In this document: positions 53,865-64,000 of the stretch, piece by piece
Numbering within the stretch: the stretch's first letter is position 1
Layout of the letters: the number at the start of each line of letters is the position of its first letter
DNA from: Octopus vulgaris
Taxonomy: Eukaryota
NCBI GenBank assembly: GCA_951406725.2
Contig: OX597814.1
Location: forward strand, 223,200,001 to 223,264,000
Direction of reading: 5' to 3'
DNA: 64,000 nt
The notes under the pieces: generated by a model
The model's input: only the letters and a program-made list of their open reading frames with translations
What the model was told of the DNA's origin: nothing
Database searches by the model: none
Made by a program: the position numbers and the translations under genes

Positions 53865-56800
53865 ATAGTTACATGCGTGTGAGTATGTATGTAAATATAT
53901 ATATGAATGTTGAAATGGAATATTTGTGCATATGCCTCATATAATTGAGCAGCAATTGTCTGCGAATACGCACGTATGCCTTTCTGGCAGTATATATGCC
54001 TGTATATATGCCTGCATGTGTGTGTGTATGTATGTATGTATGTATGTATGTATGTATGTATGTATATATATCTGTATGTATGTATGTATGTATGTATGAA
54101 TGTATGTACGTATGTATGTAAGAATGCATATGTGCGTATGGGGTGGGGTTGTACATCTCTCCTGTACAGCTTTTCCGGCATTCCAATGACCTAACTCGAC
54201 CACCATTCTGTCATCAATGAAAATAACTGCTTCGTTTATAGACCGAAAACCTGATATCAAGGAGAGTTCTAATAACAATAATTGTAGAAAGCAATACTAA
54301 ATATATCTATGAAAACGTTAAACTTTTACTGCTGTGAGACTCTGTAAATCGACAAATCATTCAAAAAAAAAAAAGAGAGCAAAAAGTAATAGTGTAAGGA
54401 TAATGTTATTTGTTCCGTCACATTAAGTTGAAAGTACTTGATCCATGTGAAAACCTGGGGTTAAATGACGCCCTGATATAGAAAGGCCAGCAATTTCAAT
54501 ATTAAATGCTTGCCTATAATAACAAATTGTTTTCTGATATTACCACTGGGTCAAAGTGTTATATTATTTGATGGGTTTCTATAATATATTCATTTATATC
54601 ATATATATTTATTCATTGCTTTATTTTGTCATGGCTTAGTTTAACAGACATTTTCTTTTTACTTGCAATCTTTATTCTTTTCATCTTTTCCGCTTTTATA
54701 AATCGCCAGTGTTATCATTTCAGTAATATTATGCGTCTATTTTATACTATCATTGTTTTATCTCTATAATGTTTTCCATAATGTGAGTGATATTCTATTA
54801 TTGCAATTCAGAAAAACTTCAGTATTACTTCGTGCAATGTCCCTTTAGTGATTATTCCACCATCTTCTTATGATAACGTGTGTAACATATAACTAAGTAC
54901 CTGCAGTACTGAGTTAATGTGAAAGCTAAGTTCATATCCCAGTACCACCTTCCTGTTTGGTTTCCTGGAAAAACGTCGAACTATTAACTACATCTTGTAT
55001 GTTTATATAATAGCTTCAATTATTCTGTTCACAAAATGTATACATTTCCTTGTCAGGTGAACTACTATTTGTGAAATAATTGGAGATCTTTGTATCCCAA
55101 CTTGTTTACACCTGACAAAGAGTGTTTTCCTCGTTTGCTTTTCGCCGGCTATGTCTCGTTTACTAGTTCTTTTTTCGTACATGAGTTCAATAAATATTAA
55201 AAGTATTAGGGGCTTTTATATACCAATTTTCATTGAGCGAATTTCTCACCAACTCTTTCTTTCATACAGCTTCATCGTGATTGTAGCCTCACATCGGACG
55301 AAGACCGATAGAGAACATTCTACTGAAGGAACCGTGAGATTAGCGAAAAGTGTGAAAATGTAATTACCAAGAATGACACTGCAGTTCATTACACAATGTA
55401 GGTGTACATTTTATGTAGCACCATAATATCGATGTGAAAGATATTTCATTGGCTAATATTGCATTTATATATTCTAAACGCTAACTATCAGGAGGTCTGG
55501 GGAAAAGCCATTGCGTGCACGAATATGTGTGCAAAGAAAAGTGAAGTCAGTCTGTTGTTACTCTCTTCGGTGATTTACTGAGAGTCTCTCTGCGAAAGTG
55601 ACTACTTACATGCTAGAATATAATTTAGAATTAACAGCTGCATACATTTGGTTTTGACGATTAGACACACGCGGAACATTGAACCTTTTAGATGCTCATG
55701 CTGTGTCTTACGTATGAAATATGAAAATACCAATCAACTGAGGTTTTTCCAAGCTGTTACACGAAAACAAATTCTTGGAATGGTTAAAATGTAAAACACG
55801 ACAAAGCATGGAGTTAGTGCCAAGAAGAAGATTTAAAAGAAAATCTTTGATAATATGCATAATATAATGCAGAATGGTGTGGAACTAGTCTTTAAACCCA
55901 CTGATGAAATCAATGAATTATGTTTCGGTAATTTTTGAACTTGCATATTTCTATATATATTTATCGATGACACTTCGATGTGTAAAATCATTTGAATATG
56001 CTTCACTGCGGAGATACAATATGAACAGAACTCATTATGTGTCATAATGATGTCTTTTAGTAATTTTCTTCTCTGAAACAAGTTTCGGTCTACTGATATT
56101 TTTAGATCGCATTTTTCCGCTTAAATTGATATATTTTTGCACATTCAGACAACCTAATCTGGATGGAGACTGAGTTACGATGACGAAAGGAAATTCACCT
56201 TGACCTGCTTTGGTAAGTTAGGCCCAGTACCTTTTCTTTCCATTTAAAATCGGACGGTGTTCAGGTATCGAGTCAATATGTCAGTTATATTTGCAAATAA
56301 CATTAGGTTGCAAGACATCAACTTTCATCACTTTTGTACTGTTGCATCGTCTGCTTGCATTCATAGACTTATGGTTTTGATGGAATGAAAGAAAAGTTAC
56401 GAATTTGCTGCTGCCCCAATGTAACATGTTATAATTTAGGTGGTGTACGCGTTCATTGTAGCAGGTTTAATTTTTCCAATTCTTTTCATTCGTAGTAAAG
56501 TGTGTCCTGGAAACCTGCTCGTACAGATTGAGATTTCAAGCTGGAGATACCTTAATAGAATAAGATCATACAGGTTGAAGTTTCAGGTTATCTATAGAGA
56601 TAGAAATGATAACAAAGAGAAGATCATATCCTTCCTAAAAAGAGACAACATTCAACTGCTCTTTTACTATTCTGACTCTCAGTGTCTCATGAAGCATAGT
56701 TTTAGTCTGTAATTTTAATTAATACTTATTACACTGAAAAAATATTAGGGAACTATTTGCTCAATATTAAATATATTCTCAAAATATAACAAATTACATT

Positions 56801-59777
56801 ACCTTTCTGTGGAAGAAATAAATGAGAGTTATAAATTTTAACAATTATTATCACTTCAGATTCGATTGTTGACAGGAACATCTATGCATGATGTGATTTT
56901 ACCAAAAGTATTAGAAGGAATTATTTCCGTAACTTATGAATACACAATATTATTATGTATATACCAAACACGTAGAACTAAGAAGCGATGTTGTAAGAAG
57001 CGATGTTAAAATTATCAGAAAGTCCATTACATTCACGAGCTTTATAGAAAGTTGGCTTATTTTTTCATGTTGCATATTTCTCGCTGCAATCACTTCGTTT
57101 TCTTTATGAGAAACAATTTACACAGTTCAAGCCCTCATTTTTATCGATCGAACGAATGACTGGATTAAATATAAGACTACTGCATCTTCATACCATCATA
57201 TTTGATCGTTTTTGCTCTTGGACAGTGAATTTTATAAATATTTCTGCCATTCTGACGATGTACATTCAAAGCGCTAACTACATCATCCGGTAAACCTATG
57301 CCACGAAACCAACATCTTCTATTCTCACTTAATTATCTGACGCCTACGATCGTCAGGTGGAATATGCAAAACCATATCTCACTGACTTGTAAAATCAATA
57401 ATTTTCGAGGAAACCAAACGCTGCACTCATTGTTCAGAAATCTGCCTGTTTGCCTGTCTCTCTGCAGAAATTTAAGATATATACGCTCTATAAGTATGCA
57501 TATCTTGAATTTCTCCACGAAGCAAGCATTCTTGGCGACATTATTTGAAACTGAGGAGAAATGGAACACAATTTCTGTTCGCAGGTGAAAATGTTTAACG
57601 ATGTCAATATGGTAATGTTTTCAACAAGTTTCCAATTGGAGAGCATCAAAAGTGGAAGTACTTGCTATAAAATCTAACATTATGACGACACCAAACCTTG
57701 GAGACTAATAAACATGTTTTCTCGTCATCCAGTTCTATACATATTGAGTGTATAGGATTATATTTTTCGTTTTCAGAAAGGCTATACTAATCAAGCCCCT
57801 TGCTCTTTTAAGTTGAATAACCATTAATATTTAACCCAATGACGAACCCATTATTAGGATTGTCCATCACACTAATGTTGCTTTAGTTAGAGATTGAATT
57901 TCTTTGGCTGTTTTCATATCTATGGCTATTGTGCACAGGCACAATATATTCAATAACATACTTTCTTTTGCACATAACTAATATTAGATATTGCTTCATC
58001 AGCGGCCAGTATATATGTAAACCATTCACTCTCAATATAAAATCATCTCGAATATATAAGTTAGAGACGTGTTTAGGAATATAGATATGCGCAAAATATT
58101 GATATTTTTATACCTCAGATTATGCATCTATGAGCATAGATGATTGACTTATTAAACATAATATTTACTCAATTTTAACACTGAATAGAATTTACAAAAA
58201 AATATATATGAAGTAGAAAATTTCCTAAAACGTATCTTCAGTTTAGAGAGTGAGTGTTCTCGTGGAATCAGTTTCTGAAGCTGTAGGCCTGAACGTTTCC
58301 AGCAATTCATCATTCCATGTTGATAATAAAAAATCTAAAATTTTTTCAAACTTTCTTCTAAAACATCGTGTAACTCTTATTTCAATGCCTATATCCGTCA
58401 AGTATTTTGAATTAAATATCCTAAGTTTAAAATTATGCGCTAACTTTTAAATGGAGACGCTATCTGAAGACGTCTTAAGTTCCCGATGCATTCAGTAAAT
58501 TACTGGTATTCATTGGACTTCGGAAATGCTACACCACTTTCAAGAGTTTTAGTAAATCAAATCGATCTGTACTTGTTGCAGTCTTCTTCTTAATTCTTCG
58601 ATCTATGTTCGTTTATATTTTCTTTCGAGTGGCTAATTTTTCTCTTCAGGCAACGCTGGAATTTTATTAACAGGTTTATTTTAAGCACATAACACCAAAA
58701 TAGACACACATGCTCACGTACAAGAAAGGCATTGCAACGTGTTTGTCTCCAAATCTTCACTCATAAGCTTGACTCAAATTGAATGTGGATGCACACAGAT
58801 TTTAGCACAATAGGATCCATTGCAGAACTACGTACCTACAAACCGAACTCAAATATTCCTGAGTATATGAAAATACATGTAAATACGTTTTTTAATGTAA
58901 TTTTCCAAACCAGATATGACGAATGTTATATGGACTTCAGAGAGCTTTGGTTCGATATATAAAAGCCACAATGTCGATAAGTTGCATCCCGGTTATGCGC
59001 AATTAATTGTAGTGATTACTTTCCATTTGCCGATGTTGGCTATAGATTTATAGCCAACATTTACTTTCGTTTTATATTTAAGTTTTATGGCATTTGCAAT
59101 TGTTTAGGAAAAGCTTTCTAATCAGCATTAACACAATTCTTGAGGCTGTTGCATGCAGCAGTAAAACTAAATAGTAGTTCGAATACGGTAGGATATCTTT
59201 AAAATTTTCTCAGGAAATAAACACAATAAGGGGAATGTATCGAGAATTACATATTCTATTTAAGTGCTGAGGATTCTAACCATGTTTTAGAAGAGAAAAA
59301 AATTATGTTTACTAAGATTGTACTTGCAAGGAATTAGGATTAAAATGATGTCCGGAAAATTAGTGGCACTTAATTTACATGAAAGATAAATCGGCTAAAT
59401 TCATTGATCAAATCAATTAGATTCTTAATAATCGATTGACGAGGCATCTTATCCAACCTGTAAAGCGTCCTAGGTTGAAGAATTTATTTACAAAAAACAG
59501 CTTAGAAACGATGATTTTTTTTCCATTGAAGAAAGTGTATACACAGGGTCAATGTTGAAATGGTATCAGGATGGCACCCGAAATAATGATGTCCCTTTAT
59601 GTTAGTATACGCATTATGTTCTGTTTCACTCTTTCTTTCTTTGATCGATGAAATATTTACCAAATGTACACATTCCTTGGAAACTCTGCAGTTTTACATA
59701 CAAACCAAAACTCAGTTTCTACTCCGCGCACTCATCCATGGCAAGTAATGATTTTTTTACAAACTTTACGTAGGCAT

Positions 59778-60116
59778 AAAGACCCCCTTCGGTCATGAAT
59801 GACCATGGGATTGCACCTAGAAAGTTACCCTCCTAGACACAAGTCCGGGCAAGGTTGTTTTATGGAAGGCCAGCAGTCGCCCATGCATACCAGCCTCCCC
59901 TCTCCACGCCACCAGTGTTATCCAAGGGAAAGACAAAGGCTGATACAGCTTGGCACCAGTGACGTCGCAACTCATTTCTACAGCTGAGTGAACTGGAGCA
60001 ACGTGAAATAAAGTGCCTTGCTCAAGAACACAACACGCAGCCCGGTCCGGGATTCGAGCTCATAACCTCACGATCGTAAGCTCGACGCTCTAACCACTGA
60101 GCCATGCGCCTTCACC
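59778..60116 (-). mobile_element. Full-length tRNA-derived SINE, family D
   Basis: Head GTGAAGGCGCATGGCTCAGTGGTTAGAGCG...GAGCTCGAATCCC with A/B boxes; homologous to 18218-18547. Confidence 0.9.
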
Positions 60117-60689
60117 TAGGCATACATAAAACATAATGAAAACTCACGCATCACACACACTTGTTGACACACTTGCAAACATGTACATCTATGTTATTAT
60201 TATTTTTTTTTGCCGATAACACATAACTGAATTACAGACACCATTTATTCCTAACTCACGTCGAATATTGGCAGGTTCTGTTTTCCTCCTTCAGATTGTG
60301 GTTATATGATACCAGTAGCACTATTAATATAACTTGTAATGGTGAAAACCTGAACTCACACTGAAAATTCATTGTAATGAAATCACCAAATAAGCAATTT
60401 AAATAAGCCTGCTCGATAGCTTTAATGCTAATTTAATTTCATTGTTACACTTTTTACCATACTTATAGCAGTTCTACTGTATTTTTGACAGGGAATCAGA
60501 AGAAAATTTACTCTTAAAATATAGGACCTTTTATAATAGTATGTTATTTAATTTTATTCCTTTTTTATCTTCCTTTGTTTCGTGCTCTCAAGCGTAATAA
60601 GTTTACGCTGACCATCATCACTGATCATATCATCTGGATGAATGTCATCCAATTTAACCAAAATATTCAAATCTCAAATAGTGATTTCA

Positions 60690-60900
60690 ACTTTTAGCAC
60701 AACGCCAGCAATTGCAGGGAAGGTATAAGTCGATTATATTGGCCCCCCCACCCTCCTAGTGCTCAACTGGTACTTATTTTATTCATCACAACGAGATAAA
60801 ATATAAAGACGATCTTGACGGAATTTTAACTCAGATCGTAAAGACGGACAAAATGCCACTAAGCATTGAACTCTAACGAGTGCTAACGATTCTGACAGCT
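60690..60900 (-). mobile_element. Degenerate SINE family A
   Basis: AAGTCGATTA...CTCAACTGGTACTTATTTT...TAACTCAGA..GTAAAGACGGAC. Confidence 0.7.
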
Positions 60901-61558
60901 CTAGGTGATATTTCAAATATCAACTCAAAATATATTTGTTGCGTACATGAAGATTCTGTACTCTTTTAGCACTGTTCTATTTTTGTTTCGAATCAAAAAT
61001 CTGCATGTATATATTTTCCTATATTTTTTGTTTTAACTTATTCCGTTTTGAAATTAATTTAGTGTAACTAAGTAATTATCTTACCATTTTTTCCAGGAAT
61101 CATTCGATAGAGAACGTTAGAAAATCTTTTCTAGATACCTAATCGTGAATCCCTTGTAAACATAAAGAAAGGATGCATGACGAACACGTGTGTCTAATAT
61201 CATTAATGCACATTTCTTTCTACAGGTATCTGTAGAATACATTTGAAGTACTAATGTATTATTTCTTTATCTGACAGAATTCAGGAAATAAAATAGGTAG
61301 AAGATAAAAAATCGTTATCAAAAATTTGAATATTGTAATTTCCCGAACATCGCGATATCACATGCTTTGAATATTCGTGATCTCCATTTTATGAAATATT
61401 CATTTATATATAATGTATGGATTGTGTATGGTTTTCAATATAGAGTAGTATCATTATAGGAATATGACAAAATCATTCACTGATTGTAAGTATATTATCT
61501 CGTAATAAATCCTATTCATAGAGCCACGCAGAAACTAAATCCATATTGACGGCATATA

Positions 61559-62715
61559 TCAGGTTGAGTAAAAAGTAAGCAACGTTTTGAACCATGAAGA
61601 ATTTGTACCGGATTTTGTCAGGGTTTTGAAGTTTTAAGCATTTTTTAAAATTGTCTGGTAAAACAGACATAGACTTGCCCAAATGCATCAATAAATTAAC
61701 ATTGATATTTTTCACCGTTGTTATAATCATCTGAAATGGAACTGCCAAAGCGCGATATTCGATCATTTTTGCTATTCAACTTCAAGAAACGACGTAAAGC
61801 AGCTGAAACTGCTCGTGATATCAACGAAACGTTTGTTGAAGAAATGACCAGTGAGTGGTCAACTCGAAAATGGTTTAAACGATTTCCCAGTGGAGACCTG
61901 AGCCCTGAAGATCGTGAGCATAGAGGACGCCCATCTATGATCAATAACGATCAAGTAAAGACCGTCATTGAGAAAGATCCACGTAAAACCACTCAGAAAG
62001 TGGCACAATAACTTCAAGTTAGCCAGAAAACTGCCTGCAACTATTTGCATGCGATCGGAAGATCAAAGAATCTCGACAAATGGGTATCACACAATTTGAA
62101 TGAAAATCGGAAAATGCGCAGATATGGAATTTGCTTGTCGCTTCTTCTCCGTAACAAGACCGATCCATTTCTCCACCGTATCGTAAGTTGCGATGAAAAA
62201 TGGATTCTGTACAATACTAAAAAACGTTCTTCGCAGTGGTTGAACCAAAATGAAGCATCAAAAATATTCCCTAAATCCGAGCTCTTGAAAAGAAAATGGT
62301 TATGGTGAGTGTTTGGTGGTGTACTTCTGGACTCATCCGCTATAACTTCTTAGAACCCGGAATGACAATTCTCGACCACACGTTTCCCTAATGACGCTCC
62401 CGAAGTTGAGGGAATTTAACTATAAAGTTCTACCCCATCCAGCTTATTACCTAGATCTTTCTCCTGTCGACGACGGCTTTTCAAGCACTTTGATGTTTTC
62501 TTGCGAGAGAAGATCAAAAATGAAACCGATGCTGAAAGTGCGTTCAAAGTGTTCATCAGTTTCAGAACTCCAGAATTTTTAGCAAACTGATAAATCGTTG
62601 GAAAAAATGTTGATTATAATGGTACTTACTTTGATGAATAAAATTCCCGCATTGTGGAAATATATTGTAATGAATTTCAGGTTTCAAAACGTTGTTTACT
62701 TTTTACTCAGCCGGA
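61559..62715 (+). mobile_element. mariner (DD34D-type) DNA transposon, defective and internally deleted
   Basis: 33-bp TIRs with 3 mismatches and TA on both flanks; transposase relic from 61736: AAETARDIN, WFKRF, RGRP, WVSHNL, IVSCDEKW, DNSRPH, HPAYYLDLSPVD. Confidence 0.95.
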
Positions 62716-64000
62716 TATAATAAAATTAATTCATTAAGGCACAAATTATTCGTGTGTCACTAACTTGACATCAAGTTGGTTGATTATAGAAAAATTAGGC
62801 ATAGTGACAAAAATCTTCTAACTATAGCTTTCCGACATCTTTTATGCTGTGATAGTGAATGAATATTGATAATTATCCAAATTCCCCTATCGTTTTCCGG
62901 AGATATTAGGATGTTATCTCAAGGTATGGCTGTCATTTCTAGCCGTTAGAACGACTATGTTGTAGCATCCACATGAAAGCTTCCGTTGTTATCGTATGTG
63001 TCTTATAATCCAAGTTAATATTAAGATGCACTCGGTTGAATAAGTTGACATCAACTTTAAAGCACCCCAATAGATTCTTCGATATCTCAATCTACTTTAT
63101 TTTTAATCCTATTATGACGCTGAAATGAACAGGAATGATAGCGGAATTCAGCCAAATATTTACTTCTCTCACTTTCTTTGGAAATAACACCTTTTGCCAA
63201 CTCCAAATTGTGCAGAAACTAGAAATGTAGAAATCTTTGCCAGATACCTTGCAGTTTCTAAGCTCGTGATTCTTTGACATTTGCTTTCAAACCTTATAGT
63301 CTATTTGACATGACTCGTCATCGTTTCTGGATCAATAATATAAGTGAGGTTGGAATTATTTATGTATTTATGAAACATTTCTATTTCCAGTCCCTTTTAT
63401 TTAGGCTTCAGTGTACTATTGTTCAATATAAATGCGTTTCGTATATAAAAGAACGGCTATAGGTGAGCGATGCTATACCAGTATATATATTATGTGCAAA
63501 TTTTTTTGTGCTTCCTTGAGTATTTTCATGATTGGCAGTATGAAGTTAGTGTGTACATTTGATATTTTGTTTTTTTATTTATTCTTACGCTAAGCAAATC
63601 GTAATATTAGCATGGGTGTGATGTTATATATATCTTGGGGAGAAATTATCGGTATAAAGTAAGAAGAATTTGATTAATATCAATCCCTTAACATTTGATT
63701 TCTAACATAGACAATACATCATCCACAGAAAAATGAAAATTAAAACAGTTTTAAGAGGGATTTGGATTCAGAACACAAAGGGAAATAACTACCTTAAAGT
63801 ATTTTGTACACCGATCTAAAAAGTATATCGATTCAGGCCCCTTTTCTCTTAATACATCCAGGTTGTTTAAAAGAATAAGGTAAAAGAAACGACAGAATTC
63901 CAAACTAAATAATTGCAGTCTTTATTTACGTTGAAGTCCAGTCTTAGCCCAAACCCATAAGTGGAAAACTAGCAAATTTTGCCACTCATACTTTAATTCG

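Noticed and set aside
54830-58500. Possible ancient piggyBac-like (54.8-55.7 kb) and LINE-like (QADDAT near 56350) relics on -
   Set aside because: Too decayed to support by eye; needs BLASTX
59778-60116. tRNA genes at SINE heads
   Set aside because: A/B boxes are present but run into SINE bodies without a complete cloverleaf or terminator

Overview
AT-rich, microsatellite-saturated animal genomic DNA, intergenic or deep intronic. The SINE sequences and repeat landscape look like an octopus (coleoid cephalopod) genome; this is recognition from memory, not a database result. No convincing host protein-coding gene is present, and most ORFs in the track are (TA)n/(CA)n/(TATG)n/triplet-repeat artefacts. 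The window is a transposon graveyard: a near full-length CR1/L2-group LINE (13.8-17.8 kb, -), further CR1-group, RTE and R4/Dong-like relics, several Penelope-like element (PLE) RT and GIY-YIG relics, two Tc1/mariner elements with TIRs, a Chapaev3-like transposase relic and about 20 tRNA-derived SINEs in four families. The most interesting signal is invisible in the ORF track: a series of type I hammerhead ribozyme (HHR) motifs from several unrelated non-coding element families. Two have intact canonical cores (38.5 kb, mirrored at 37.9 kb, and 46.2 kb); others have variant or decayed cores. Several sit inside long fold-back palindromes (arms about 429, 221 and 72 bp) inserted in (TA)n tracts. 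There is also an isolated 35-bp hairpin with pri-miRNA-like geometry at 39.5 kb and evidence of microsatellite-targeted retrotransposition.
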